Source: Escherichia coli (lineage in GTDB: Bacteria; Pseudomonadota; Gammaproteobacteria; Enterobacterales; Enterobacteriaceae). Taken from it: DNA of 64,000 bases. Within the stretch, counting starts at the first letter, position 1, and every line of letters begins with the position of its first letter. The translations under genes were made by a program, and so were the position numbers. The DNA lies in the NCBI RefSeq assembly GCF_016026235.1, contig NZ_CP065613.1. One strand, 5' to 3'. The notes beneath the pieces were generated by a model, which did not search any database, was not told the origin of the DNA, and saw nothing but the letters and a program-made list of their open reading frames with translations. Below are positions 48,084-59,220 of this stretch, piece by piece.

Positions 48084-51000
48084 ATGTCACGTTATAAAAC
48101 AGGTCATAAACAACCACGATTTCGTTATTCAGTTCTGGCCCGCTGCGTGGCGTGGGCAAATATCTCTGTTCAGGTTCTTTTTCCACTCGCTGTCACCTTT
48201 ACCCCAGTAATGGCGGCACGTGCGCAGCATGCGGTTCAGCCACGGTTGAGCATGGGAAATACCATGGTAACTGCTGATAATAATGTGGAGAAAAATGTCG
48301 CGTCGTTTGCCGCAAATGCCGGGACATTTTTAAGCAGTCAGCCAGATAGCGATGCGACACGTAATTTTATTACCGGAATGGCCACCGCTAAAGCTAACCA
48401 GGAAATACAGGAGTGGCTCGGGAAATATGGTACAGCGCGCGTCAAACTGAATGTCGATAAAGATTTCTCGCTGAAGGATTCTTCGCTGGAAATGCTTTAT
48501 CCGATTTATGATACGCCGACAAATATGTTGTTCACTCAGGGGGCAATACATCGTACAGACGATCGTACTCAGTCAAATATTGGTTTTGGCTGGCGTCATT
48601 TTTCAGGAAATGACTGGATGGCGGGGGTGAACACCTTTATCGACCATGATTTATCCCGTAGTCATACCCGCATTGGTGTTGGTGCGGAATACTGGCGCGA
48701 TTATCTGAAACTGAGCGCCAATGGTTATATTCGGGCTTCTGGCTGGAAAAAATCGCCGGATATTGAGGATTATCAGGAACGCCCGGCGAATGGTTGGGAT
48801 ATCCGCGCAGAGGGCTATTTACCTGCCTGGCCGCAGCTTGGCGCAAGCCTGATGTATGAACAGTATTATGGCGATGAAGTCGGGCTGTTTGGTAAAGATA
48901 AGCGCCAGAAAGACCCGCATGCGATTTCTGCCGAGGTGACCTATACGCCAGTGCCTCTTCTGACACTGAGCGCTGGGCATAAGCAGGGCAAGAGCGGTGA
49001 GAATGACACTCGCTTTGGCCTGGAAGTTAACTACCGAATTGGCGAACCTTTGGCGAAACAACTCGATACGGATAGCATTCGCGAGCGTCGGGTACTGGCA
49101 GGCAGCCGCTATGACCTGGTTGAGCGTAATAACAACATCGTTCTTGAGTACCGCAAATCTGAAGTGATCCGTATTGCTCTGCCTGAGCGTATTGAAGGTA
49201 AGGGCGGTCAGACACTTTCCCTCGGGCTTGTGGTCAGCAAAGCAACTCACGGACTGAAAAATGTGCAGTGGGAAGCGCCGTCATTACTGGCTGAAGGTGG
49301 CAAAATTACCGGTCAGGGTAGTCAGTGGCAAGTAACGCTCCCGGCTTATCGTCCAGGCAAAGACAATTATTATGCGATTTCTGCGGTTGCCTACGATAAC
49401 AAAGGCAATACCTCAAAACGCGTGCAGACAGAGGTGGTCATTACCGGAGCTGGTATGAGCGCCGATCGCACGGCGTTAACGCTTGACGGTCAGAGCCGTA
49501 TTCAAATGCTTGCTAACGGTAATGAGCAAAAACCGCTGGTGCTGTCTCTGCGCGACGCCGAGGGCCAGCCAGTCACGGGCATGAAAGATCAGATCAAGAC
49601 TGAACTAACTTTCAAACCGGCTGGAAATATTGTGACTCGTTCCCTGAAGGCCACTAAATCACAGGCAAAGCCAACACTGGGTGAGTTCACCGAAACTGAA
49701 GCAGGGGTGTATCAGTCTGTCTTTACTACCGGAACGCAGTCAGGTGAGGCAACGATTACTGTTAGCGTTGATGGCATGAGCAAAACCGTCACTGCAGAAC
49801 TGCGGGCCACGATGATGGATGTGGCAAACTCCACCCTGAGCGCTAACGAGCCGTCAGGTGACGTGGTTGCTGATGGTCAGCAAGCCTATACGTTGACGTT
49901 GACTGCGGTGGACTCCGAGGGTAATCCGGTGACGGGAGAAGCCAGCCGCTTGCGATTTGTTCCGCAAGACACTAATGGTGTAACCGTTGGTGCCATTTCG
50001 GAAATAAAACCAGGCGTTTACAGCGCCACGGTTTCTTCGACCCGTGCCGGAAACGTTGTTGTGCGTGCTTTCAGCGAGCAGTATCAGCTGGGCACATTAC
50101 AACAAACGCTGAAGTTTGTTGCCGGGCCGCTTGATGCAGCACATTCGTCCATCACCCTGAATCCTGATAAACCGGTGGTTGGGGGTACAGTTACGGCAAT
50201 CTGGACGGTAAAAGATGCCTATGACAACCCTGTGACCAGCCTCACGCCGGAAGCGCCGTCATTAGCGGGTGCCGCTGCTGAAGGTTCTACGGCATCGGGC
50301 TGGACAAATAATGGTGATGGGACGTGGACTGCGCAGATTACTCTCGGCTCTACGGCGGGTGAATTAGAAGTTATGCCGAAGCTAAATGGACAGAATGCGG
50401 CAGCAAATGCGGCAAAAGTAACCGTGGTGGCTGATGCGTTATCTTCAAACCAGTCGAAAGTCTCTGTCGCAGAAGACCACGTAAAAGCCGGCGAAAGCAC
50501 AACCGTGACGCTGGTGGCGAAAGATGCGCATGGCAACGCTATCAGTGGTCTTGCGTTGTCGGCAAGTTTGACGGGGACCGCCTCTGAAGGGGCGACCGTT
50601 TCCAGTTGGACCGAAAAAGGTGACGGTTCCTATGTTGCTACGTTGACTACAGGCGGAAAGACGGGCGAGCTTCGCGTCATGCCGCTCTTCAACGGCCAGC
50701 CAGCAGCCACCGAAGCCGCGCAGTTGACGGTCATCGCTGGGGAGATGTCATCAGCGAACTCTACGCTTGTTGCGGACAATAAGGCTCCGACCGTCAAAAC
50801 GACGACGGAACTCACCTTCACCGTGAAGGATGCGTACGGGAACCCGGTCACCGGGCTGAAGCCAGATGCACCAGTGTTTAGCGGTGCCGCCAGCACGGGG
50901 AGTGAGCGTCCTTCAGCAGGAAACTGGACAGAGAAAGGTAATGGGGTCTACGTGGCGACCTTAACGCTGGGATCTGCCGCGGGTCAGTTGTCTGTGATGC

Positions 51001-52340
51001 CGCGAGTGAACGGCCAAAATGCCGTTGCTCAGCCACTGGTGCTGAACGTTGCAGGTGACGCATCTAAGGCTGAGATTCGTGATATGACAGTGAAGGTTAA
51101 TAACCAACTGGCTAATGGACAGTCTGCTAACCAGATAACCCTGACCGTCGTGGACAGCTATGGTAATCCGTTGCAGGGGCAAGAAGTTACGCTGACTCTG
51201 CCGAAAGGTGTGACCAGCAAGACGGGGAATACGGTAACAACCGATGCGGCAGGTAAAGCCGACATTGAGCTGATGTCAACGGTTGCGGGAGAACACAATA
51301 TTTCCGCTTCGGTGAATGGTGCTCAGAAGACGGTCACGGTGAAATTCAAGGCGGATTTCAGTACCGGTCAGGCGACCCTGGAGGTTGATGGCAGCACGCC
51401 AAAAGTGGCAAACGACAATGATGCCTTTACGCTGACGGCAACGGTTAAGGATCAATACGGCAACCTTCTGCCTGGCGCTGTGGTCGTCTTTAATCTGCCT
51501 CGGGGCGTCAAACCGCTTGCAGACGGTAATATCATGGTGAACGCCGACAAGGAGGGTAAAGCGGAACTGAAAGTGGTCTCCGTGACTGCCGGAACGTATG
51601 AGATCACGGCGTCGGCAGGAAATGACCAGCCTTCAAATGCGCAGTCTGTAACGTTTGTGGCCGATAAGACTACGGCGACCATCTCCAGTATTGAGGTGAT
51701 TGGCAACCGTGCAGTGGCGGATGGCAAAACCAAACAGACGTATAAAGTTACGGTGACTGATGCCAATAACAACCTGTTGAAGGATAGCGACGTGACGCTG
51801 ACTGCCAGCTCGGAAAATTTAGTTCTGGATCCTAAAGGGACGGCGAAAACTAATGAGCAAGGACAGGCTGTTTTCACCGGCTCTACCACTATCGCAGCGA
51901 CATATACACTCACGGCGAAAGTGGAACAGGCCAACGGTCAGGTATCGACGAAAACTGCTGAATCTAAATTCGTCGCGGATGATAAAAACGCGGTGCTCGC
52001 CGCATCTCCAGAACGTGTAGATTCTCTGGTGGCGGACGGGAAGACTACTGCAACAATGACGGTTACCCTGATGGCGGGAGTCAATCCCGTAGGAGGAAGT
52101 ATGTGGGTCGACATTGAGGCTCCGGAAGGAGTGACGGAGAAGGATTATCAATTCCTGCCGTCGAAGGCTGACCATTTCTCAGGTGGGAAAATCACGCGTA
52201 CATTTAGTACCAGCAAGCCAGGTGTCTATACGTTCACATTCAACGTACTGACGTATGGCGGGTACGAAATGGCGCCTGTGAAGGTGACAATTAACGCCGT
52301 TGCTGCAGAGACTGAAAATGGCGAGGAGGAGATGCCATAA
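48084..52340 (+). CDS. eaeH: Intimin/invasin-family inverse autotransporter adhesin (EaeH/FdeC-type), full length
   Basis: 1418-aa ORF: N-terminal beta-barrel region followed by many Big-type repeats including three ~100-aa near-repeats (…GELEVMPKLNGQNAAANAAKVTVVA / …GELRVMPLFNGQPAATEAAQLTVIA / …GQLSVMPRVNGQNAVAQPLVLNVA). Confidence 0.85.
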   Translation: MSRYKTGHKQPRFRYSVLARCVAWANISVQVLFPLAVTFTPVMAARAQHAVQPRLSMGNTMVTADNNVEKNVASFAANAGTFLSSQPDSDATRNFITGMATAKANQEIQEWLGKYGTARVKLNVDKDFSLKDSSLEMLYPIYDTPTNMLFTQGAIHRTDDRTQSNIGFGWRHFSGNDWMAGVNTFIDHDLSRSHTRIGVGAEYWRDYLKLSANGYIRASGWKKSPDIEDYQERPANGWDIRAEGYLPAWPQLGASLMYEQYYGDEVGLFGKDKRQKDPHAISAEVTYTPVPLLTLSAGHKQGKSGENDTRFGLEVNYRIGEPLAKQLDTDSIRERRVLAGSRYDLVERNNNIVLEYRKSEVIRIALPERIEGKGGQTLSLGLVVSKATHGLKNVQWEAPSLLAEGGKITGQGSQWQVTLPAYRPGKDNYYAISAVAYDNKGNTSKRVQTEVVITGAGMSADRTALTLDGQSRIQMLANGNEQKPLVLSLRDAEGQPVTGMKDQIKTELTFKPAGNIVTRSLKATKSQAKPTLGEFTETEAGVYQSVFTTGTQSGEATITVSVDGMSKTVTAELRATMMDVANSTLSANEPSGDVVADGQQAYTLTLTAVDSEGNPVTGEASRLRFVPQDTNGVTVGAISEIKPGVYSATVSSTRAGNVVVRAFSEQYQLGTLQQTLKFVAGPLDAAHSSITLNPDKPVVGGTVTAIWTVKDAYDNPVTSLTPEAPSLAGAAAEGSTASGWTNNGDGTWTAQITLGSTAGELEVMPKLNGQNAAANAAKVTVVADALSSNQSKVSVAEDHVKAGESTTVTLVAKDAHGNAISGLALSASLTGTASEGATVSSWTEKGDGSYVATLTTGGKTGELRVMPLFNGQPAATEAAQLTVIAGEMSSANSTLVADNKAPTVKTTTELTFTVKDAYGNPVTGLKPDAPVFSGAASTGSERPSAGNWTEKGNGVYVATLTLGSAAGQLSVMPRVNGQNAVAQPLVLNVAGDASKAEIRDMTVKVNNQLANGQSANQITLTVVDSYGNPLQGQEVTLTLPKGVTSKTGNTVTTDAAGKADIELMSTVAGEHNISASVNGAQKTVTVKFKADFSTGQATLEVDGSTPKVANDNDAFTLTATVKDQYGNLLPGAVVVFNLPRGVKPLADGNIMVNADKEGKAELKVVSVTAGTYEITASAGNDQPSNAQSVTFVADKTTATISSIEVIGNRAVADGKTKQTYKVTVTDANNNLLKDSDVTLTASSENLVLDPKGTAKTNEQGQAVFTGSTTIAATYTLTAKVEQANGQVSTKTAESKFVADDKNAVLAASPERVDSLVADGKTTATMTVTLMAGVNPVGGSMWVDIEAPEGVTEKDYQFLPSKADHFSGGKITRTFSTSKPGVYTFTFNVLTYGGYEMAPVKVTINAVAAETENGEEEMP

Positions 52341-52479
52341 TTTGAATAGTATGAAAGTTACGATCTAATAAAGAATAATGGTGTTGAAATATTCAACGCC
52401 ATTATTCACTGAATACCTTGCCTGATACTGATTAAATAGTATCAGGCAAGGATAAAACTCAATAAGAGATAGTGACCAA

Positions 52480-53364
52480 CTAAACCGGACGAACGGGAAT
52501 AAAAATTTCGCAAACAACATCATTGCCATCCTTTTCTACGAAATCTTCATTGTAATAAAAGCGCTCAATATCGCTGCCGTTCACTCTGGCTAACCCCCTG
52601 GCAGGCAACTCTATCAGATAGATGTTACGCACCCAGTCAGGATAATTTTCCCAGTTTCCTTCATAACGGAAAGAGGCATAAAGTCCTCGGGTCGTTGTCC
52701 ACTCTTTTGGCATGTCAGCATATTCACATACCGTACCAGCAAAAGTTTCAACCGTGAGCAAATCGACCGATTTTGTTGACGGTTCAAACGTGGAGACGAA
52801 ATAGATATCCGTCTTATAATTCTTCATACATCTGGCTAAATGATGACGTCGTAGTTTGACTTCTTCATCCGGTGATTTATTCGACACCTCAATGTCATAT
52901 TTAAATGAGTTGCCAAAAATAGGTGTCTCAGGAAAGTTGACTAATCGACACTCCGTCTTTTGCTGTTGACGTATTAAAAAAGAAGGGAAGATATTTGCGA
53001 GATCCCAATAATCACGGTGGCGGTATTCACGGGGAGAGCAGCCGAATAACTTTTTAAATTCGCGGCTGAATGACTGCTGTGAATCAAAATGCAAAGAGAG
53101 TGCAATATCAAGCATAGATTTCGCGGTGAGCCGGACAAGAATGGCGGCACGGCAAAGCCTTCGTTTGCGAATGTATTCTCCCAAAGGCACATGCATGAAA
53201 TTTCGGAACAGAAGCTGGATGTTGCGTCTGCTGTAGCCAGATTTCTGTGCGATATCTTCGATTGAAATAGGGTGCTCAAGATTGCACTCAATCCACTCCA
53301 GGAGCTGCTGTAGAATCTTCTGCCTGATCATCACATTCTCCATTAATTCTTCGTCATATCGCAC
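52480..53364 (-). CDS. ykgA: AraC-family transcriptional regulator with C-terminal effector-binding domain
   Basis: 294-aa ORF with AraC HTH region near N-terminus (…IAQKSGYSRRNIQLLFRNF…). Confidence 0.75.
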   Translation of the reverse strand: MRYDEELMENVMIRQKILQQLLEWIECNLEHPISIEDIAQKSGYSRRNIQLLFRNFMHVPLGEYIRKRRLCRAAILVRLTAKSMLDIALSLHFDSQQSFSREFKKLFGCSPREYRHRDYWDLANIFPSFLIRQQQKTECRLVNFPETPIFGNSFKYDIEVSNKSPDEEVKLRRHHLARCMKNYKTDIYFVSTFEPSTKSVDLLTVETFAGTVCEYADMPKEWTTTRGLYASFRYEGNWENYPDWVRNIYLIELPARGLARVNGSDIERFYYNEDFVEKDGNDVVCEIFIPVRPV

Positions 53365-53562
53365 ATTTTCGTTATGCCCTGGGCCCTAGTGTATCAAAAA
53401 CAGCAAGTCCGAAGGCAAAAGCACTGGTAGCGTCTGCTTCATTGCCCAAAAAATAGAGAGGTTTCAGTCCTACATTATTAATGAATTTTTTGCATAAGTG
53501 ATATCAAAATCCACATACTAATTTGAGGTTACGTTTTAACGTAGACTCATTGTTCATGCCTA

Positions 53563-54447
53563 ATGGAGGGACTGACAGTGGAATTTTCCGTATTAAGTAA
53601 CAATCTGAAAATGCCGATGATGGGATTTGGTGTTTTTCAGGTTACCGATAAAAACGTGTGCAAACAGTCAGTGTTGAACGCTATCCGCACGGGGTATCGA
53701 CTCATCGACACTGCAGCGGTATACGGTAATGAAGATGCTGTCGGTGAAGCCGTTCGTGAAGCCATATCCGAAGGTTTATGTACCCGAGAAGAGTTATTTA
53801 TAACGTCTAAATTGTGGGTGCAGGATATGTTGAATCAGGATACGGCAGCAGCAGGTATTGAAGCATCATTAAAAAAATCGGGACTAGAATACTTCGACCT
53901 CTATTTATTGCATCAGGCTATGCGCGATTATTTCAGTGCGTGGCGTGCACTCGAAGATGCCTATGAAGAGGGCAAATTAAAAGCGATTGGGGTTTCCAAT
54001 TTCTATCCTCATGTTCTGGCGAACTTTTGTGAAACGGTAAGAGTTAAACCGATGGTCAACTAGGTCGAGTTGCATCCCTATTTTGCCCAACCAGAGGCGC
54101 TGGCAACCATGAAGTATTATAACGTGCAGCCTGAAGCATGGGCTCCGTTAGGTGGTGGACGACATAAACCCTTTGAAAATAATCTGCTTCAGAGTATTGC
54201 AGATGCCCATCAAAAATCGATTTTTCAAGTCATTCTGCGTTGGAATATTCAACGGGGAGTGGTCGTTATTCCGAAATCGACACATCAACAGCGTATCGAA
54301 GAAAATTTCGCTATCTGGGATTTCTCACTGACAGAGAAAGAAATGGCACAAATTAGTTCGCTTGATTTGGGTTATGTTGGGGAGTCGGTAAAACATTTTA
54401 ATCCTGAATTTGTTCGTGGTTGTCTTGCTGTAAAAATACATGATTGA
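53563..54447 (+). pseudogene. Aldo-keto reductase interrupted by an in-frame amber codon
   Basis: Two same-frame ORFs (53563-54063, 54070-54447) separated only by TAG at 54061-54063; translation reads …PMVN*VELHPYF… where AKRs have NQVE(x)HP. Confidence 0.75.
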
Positions 54448-54606
54448 TATTAATCATGTATTTTTCCTGAGACGACAAGAATCTTTTAACAGGGGAGTGA
54501 TATTGATCTTCACTCTGTCATATCTCCGGTAATATGGCGTCAGGCTTCATCATCAGAAAGGGGGCCTGACGCCTGAAAAAGTGAACAACAGACAGTGTTC
54601 GGATTA

Positions 54607-55200
54607 TCAATATTCAGTTTTTAACGTTGAACTGGATTCATTACTGCGTTGTTTAAGAATTTCCCGCGCCGAATCTGCCATTATCATGACAGCACCTGCC
54701 AGCATCAGAGTATCTTTCAATACCAAGCGACCAGCACCGGATAAATAAGGGAAACCATGATGAGCGTCACCCAATGCGGGTACCCATGCCTCCGGGGTGG
54801 TGATTAAAAATGAGAGTGTTACCAACGGTGTGGTAAATGCCATCAGCCCTCCCAATAAACCTAACCAGCGATTGACAGGATTAGCCAAAACCAGCAGAGC
54901 AATAATCACCTCCACGACGCCAAGACCGTTGGAAAAACCATAGGTATTATTGGCCGATTGCCATGCCCTTGCTTCTGGTTTGTATTCGCCTTCGTGAGTC
55001 AGATACTGTTTATAGTCTTCCGGGTGTTCATAAAAGAACGACATTAGTGGACTGTTTGCGACGAATGGTGTAATGCTGTCTGCCTCGTAAGGGACAAACT
55101 TTAATAACCCAATCCACATAAAAACAATTGCAATACTCAGACGAATCAATGTCAGGCCAATTTTATCTCCCCGACTTAACAGGTGCAGGTATTTTTCCAT
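54607..55200 (-). CDS. rclC: DoxX-like inner membrane protein of the reactive-chlorine response
   Basis: Multi-TM ORF adjacent to rclB/rclA; ORF extends to 55209. Confidence 0.8.
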   Translation of the reverse strand: MEKYLHLLSRGDKIGLTLIRLSIAIVFMWIGLLKFVPYEADSITPFVANSPLMSFFYEHPEDYKQYLTHEGEYKPEARAWQSANNTYGFSNGLGVVEVIIALLVLANPVNRWLGLLGGLMAFTTPLVTLSFLITTPEAWVPALGDAHHGFPYLSGAGRLVLKDTLMLAGAVMIMADSAREILKQRSNESSSTLKTEY

Positions 55201-55211
55201 TGTGAACATCC

Positions 55212-55448
55212 TTATTTATACAATACTGCTGTTGCGGTTGAATTATTATCAATTCGCATCGATGTGACTTTCCAGGATGAAGCATTATATTTTCTGGCTA
55301 TATCAGCAATGGCATCCTCCAGAACTGTCGGTGATGCTGATACTGACGAGACGCTGATATGTTTCAGAATTATTTTATCATCTGCATTGGTGGAAAATGC
55401 CATAACGCCAGATAATAGTGTTGCAAATAAAACAGATTTTTTAAACAT
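55212..55448 (-). CDS. rclB: Small periplasmic protein of the reactive-chlorine response
   Basis: Signal peptide then ~60-aa mature domain; ORF extends to 55463. Confidence 0.75.
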   Translation of the reverse strand: MFKKSVLFATLLSGVMAFSTNADDKIILKHISVSSVSASPTVLEDAIADIARKYNASSWKVTSMRIDNNSTATAVLYK

Positions 55449-55556
55449 ATAAAATACCATCAATGAAGTGATTAAGAAGTTATAGAGTAACAGGGAATTA
55501 ATAAGATTCTTTTCTCTGAGACGCCAGAATATTTGTTCTGGCGTCTGATTTTGAGT

Positions 55557-56882
55557 TTATTTGACTAATGAAAATAGATCATTGAGTGATTCGCTCATCG
55601 ACGGATGAGTAAATATCTGATCGCGTAATATGCTATAAGGCAGCCCGGCATCCATCACCATTTTCACTATATTAATCATCTCGTGGGAGTCAACACACAG
55701 CAGTGATGCCCCTAATATACGTTGGGTTTTATTATCAACAATCGCTTTTAATACCCCACGGGTATCGTTCATCACTCTGGCACGCGGAATTGCAGCTACA
55801 GGCAATGTCACCACCTGAATATCAGCACCACTCTCTCTGGCTTGTTCTTCTGTCATACCAACCCTGGACAGGGGCGGTGTCATAAATACGGAATAAGGCA
55901 CATTTTTCCGATCATCAGTACTACGTTTGCCTTCACCCAGTAACTCATCACGTACAATGCGGTAATCATCCAGTGATATGTAAGTAAATTGCAGCCCGCC
56001 GGTAACATCTCCCATCGCCCAAATATTGTCTGCGGTGGTATGTAATCGCTTGTCAACGACAATTGCCCCACGCTCGTTTACTGCGATACCGGCATTTTCT
56101 GGATGTAACGAAGCGGTAGCCGGTTGACGACCGGAAGCTATTAACAGTGCATCCACCGCCAGTTGGGCGTGCTCGCTATGCACTTGCACTTGATTTTCAT
56201 GGTGACTGATTCGCTCCACATGGGCATTGAGGATAATATCGACGCCCTGATCGCGTAAAATCGTCGCGATATTATCAGCAATATCCCGATCTTCCCGAGG
56301 CAAAAACAGCGAAGCTGCTTCTAAAATGGTTACCTTGCTGCCAAAATTAGCGAACATAGAGGCGAACTCAACGCCAATATATCCGCCGCCCAAAATATCT
56401 AAATGCCCAGGCAATTCTTTTAGATTAAGTAATCCGGTGCTGTCATATACACCAGGCGTGGTGGTAATTCCAGGAATTGGCGGAACCACGGTTTGTGCAC
56501 CGGTATTAATAAAAATTTTCTCGCCATGAATTTCCAGATTTCCCTCAGGCCGATGAACACGCAGGCTATGATTATTGATAAACTCCGCCTGGCCGTCGAT
56601 CACGTCGATATTGGGCATATCCGCAAGATTATGAAAATTCTTATTACGTAAAAAATTAACCACTTCATTTTTACGCTGTATGGCACGGACAAAATCTGTG
56701 TGCTGCTGTGCGTCATGAACCAATGTTTTGGTTGGGATGCAGCCGATATTAATACAGGTCCCGCCATACATTGCATTTGATTGTTCGATGAGAGCCACTC
56801 GCCAACCTGCTTTTGCCAGCGTGACGGCTAATGTTTTTCCAGCCTTGCCAAAACCAATAATAACTGCCTGATATTTATTCAT
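55557..56882 (-). CDS. rclA: Pyridine nucleotide-disulfide oxidoreductase (RclA)
   Basis: FAD-binding GFGKAGKT motif and redox CINIGC disulfide motif; ORF extends to 56909. Confidence 0.85.
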   Translation of the reverse strand: MNKYQAVIIGFGKAGKTLAVTLAKAGWRVALIEQSNAMYGGTCINIGCIPTKTLVHDAQQHTDFVRAIQRKNEVVNFLRNKNFHNLADMPNIDVIDGQAEFINNHSLRVHRPEGNLEIHGEKIFINTGAQTVVPPIPGITTTPGVYDSTGLLNLKELPGHLDILGGGYIGVEFASMFANFGSKVTILEAASLFLPREDRDIADNIATILRDQGVDIILNAHVERISHHENQVQVHSEHAQLAVDALLIASGRQPATASLHPENAGIAVNERGAIVVDKRLHTTADNIWAMGDVTGGLQFTYISLDDYRIVRDELLGEGKRSTDDRKNVPYSVFMTPPLSRVGMTEEQARESGADIQVVTLPVAAIPRARVMNDTRGVLKAIVDNKTQRILGASLLCVDSHEMINIVKMVMDAGLPYSILRDQIFTHPSMSESLNDLFSLVK

Positions 56883-57107
56883 GATGATTTCCTGTCGAAA
56901 CGCGTTCATTTGACATCATGACTATAGACGCAAAAGAGCAAATACCATTTCTTCACAACGCTTGATATTTTGTCTTATCGTCTGGTATTTTCTTTTTCTT
57001 AATCAGAATCACAAAACAAAAATCATGATTAACCATTTGATGGTATTAGATTAGTTATTTACTAAGATTGTTGGTGTTTGTAATCAAAAACCACTCAGGA
57101 GTCTGAT

Positions 57108-57962
57108 ATGGATGCCCTTAGCCGTTTGTTGATGCTTAACGCTCCACAAGGAACGATCGATAAGAATTGCGTGTTAGGAAGTGACTGGCAGCTTCCACAT
57201 GGTGCCGGGGAATTATCGGTTATTCGTTGGCATGCGTTAACGCGAGGAGCGGCGAAGCTGGAAATGCCGACGGGAGAGATTTTTACATTACGCCCGGGAA
57301 ATGTGGTCCTGCTACCACAAAATTCAGCTCATCGCCTGAGTCATGTCGATAATGAATCGACCTGTATTGTCTGCGGCACTCTTCGGTTGCAACATTCGGC
57401 GCGTTATTTTTTAACGTCTTTGCCGGAAACGCTGTTTTTAGCACCGGTTAACCACAGCGTGGAATATAACTGGCTGAGGGAGGCGATCCCGTTTTTACAA
57501 CAGGAATCCAGATCGGCGATGCCGGGAGTGGATGCACTGTGTAGCCAGATCTGCGCTACATTCTTTACCCTCGCGGTGCGTGAGTGGATTGCACAGGTTA
57601 ATACAGAGAAAAACATTCTCAGTTTGCTTCTGCATCCACGTCTTGGTGCGGTAATACAGCAAATGCTGGAAATGCCAGGACACGCCTGGACCGTCGAATC
57701 GCTGGCCAGCATCGCCCACATGTCTCGGGCAAGTTTTGCCCAGCTTTTCCGTGATGTTTCCGGAACCACGCCGCTGGCTGTATTAACAAAGTTGCGTCTA
57801 CAAATAGCGGCCCAGATGTTTTCCCGGGAAATGCTCCCTGTTGTGGTGATCGCTGAGTCAGTAGGCTATGCCAGTGAATCATCTTTTCACAAGGCGTTTG
57901 TCCGCGAGTTTGGTTGTACTCCGGGAGAATATCGGGAAAGGGTCAGACAGCTTGCACCCTGA
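57108..57962 (+). CDS. rclR: AraC-family redox-sensing regulator of rclABC
   Basis: 284-aa ORF divergent from rclA with C-terminal AraC HTH. Confidence 0.85.
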   Translation: MDALSRLLMLNAPQGTIDKNCVLGSDWQLPHGAGELSVIRWHALTRGAAKLEMPTGEIFTLRPGNVVLLPQNSAHRLSHVDNESTCIVCGTLRLQHSARYFLTSLPETLFLAPVNHSVEYNWLREAIPFLQQESRSAMPGVDALCSQICATFFTLAVREWIAQVNTEKNILSLLLHPRLGAVIQQMLEMPGHAWTVESLASIAHMSRASFAQLFRDVSGTTPLAVLTKLRLQIAAQMFSREMLPVVVIAESVGYASESSFHKAFVREFGCTPGEYRERVRQLAP

Positions 57963-58490
57963 ATAAAACCGCCAGAAATCAGGGCAAAGATAATCCGCAT
58001 TCCGGGAGTTGTGAGCCTTTCAACTATTTCTATTTCCAACGGTGGTTTGGGCTTTATATATTTTTTTTCTGATGGACTCTAGCTCAGTTTTTAAATAAAA
58101 ATGCAAACTAAATTGCTTCAATTAAATAAAACCCCGACTATTACTTGATACGTGATTATTGTCGGTGATTTTTTTGTACACCATCAGTGTATATCTCAAT
58201 AACCCCTGAATAAGTAGCTCTGAATAGGTATAAGGGATGTAGCCTTTTTAAATGGATTTCTTATGCCAAAAATGAACGTCGATTTCCCCATAAAATGTGA
58301 GCGATGCCGAAAGAAATAAAATTAGTTATTGCATTTGAAGTTTGGATGAAAGATTATCATTTGTCATACAAATGAGGGGTGGTATGTTGCTAGCCAATTA
58401 AAAAAGAACGCCATATTTATTGATGATTGCTCCCCCGGAAGGAGGGGAACCATCGGGCATAAATGGGCATGAAGTAATGGAGTATTAGTT

Positions 58491-59210
58491 GTGAATGTCA
58501 ATTTCTTTGTCACCTGTATTGGTGACGCCCTGAAATCAAGAATGGCACGAGACTCCGTGCTGCTACTGGAAAAACTCGGCTGTCGCGTAAATTTCCCGGA
58601 GAAACAGGGATGCTGCGGTCAGCCTGCGATCAATAGCGGTTATATCAAAGAAGCGATTCCAGGGATGAAAAATCTGATCGCCGCACTGGAGGATAACGAC
58701 GATCCCATTATTTCACCGGCTGGCTCTTGCACCTATGCCGTAAAAAGTTACCCGACGTATCTGGCGGATGAACCTGAATGGGCATCACGTGCCGAAAAGG
58801 TTGCCGCGCGTATGCAGGATCTCACCTCTTTTATTGTTAATAAATTAGGAGTAGTCGATGTAGGTGCCAGTTTGCAAGGGAGAGCTGTGTATCACCCATC
58901 TTGTAGCCTGGCCCGTAAGCTGGGAGTGAAGGACGAGCCACTTACGCTGCTGAAAAATGTGCGTGGACTGGAGCTGTTGACCTTTGCTGAACAGGATACC
59001 TGCTGCGGATTTGGCGGCACGTTCTCGGTCAAAATGGCCGAAATATCCGGCGAGATGGTGAAAGAAAAGGTTGTGCACCTGATGGAAGTCCGCCCTGAGT
59101 ATTTAATTGGTGCTGACGTGAGTTGCCTGCTGAACATCAGTGGGCGATTACAAAGGGAAGGGCAGAAAGTCAAAGTGATGCATATTGCTGAAGTGCTGAT
59201 GAGCCGCTGA
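58491..59210 (+). CDS. ykgE: LutA-like Cys-rich (CCG-domain) Fe-S oxidoreductase subunit
   Basis: 239-aa ORF with paired CCG motifs (CCGQP, CCGFGG). Confidence 0.85.
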   Translation: MNVNFFVTCIGDALKSRMARDSVLLLEKLGCRVNFPEKQGCCGQPAINSGYIKEAIPGMKNLIAALEDNDDPIISPAGSCTYAVKSYPTYLADEPEWASRAEKVAARMQDLTSFIVNKLGVVDVGASLQGRAVYHPSCSLARKLGVKDEPLTLLKNVRGLELLTFAEQDTCCGFGGTFSVKMAEISGEMVKEKVVHLMEVRPEYLIGADVSCLLNISGRLQREGQKVKVMHIAEVLMSR

Positions 59211-59220
59211 GGATATAAAG

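Noticed and set aside
48330-51934. Multiple antisense ORFs (73-160 aa) inside eaeH
   Set aside because: All are embedded in the long, repeat-rich eaeH frame on the opposite strand, with no independent start signals; consistent with frame shadows.
58270-58326. 18-codon ORF (MPKMNVDFPIKCERCRKK) upstream of ykgE that echoes the ykgE N-terminus
   Set aside because: Too short and lacks an SD; more likely a small duplicated fragment of the ykgE 5' end than a gene.
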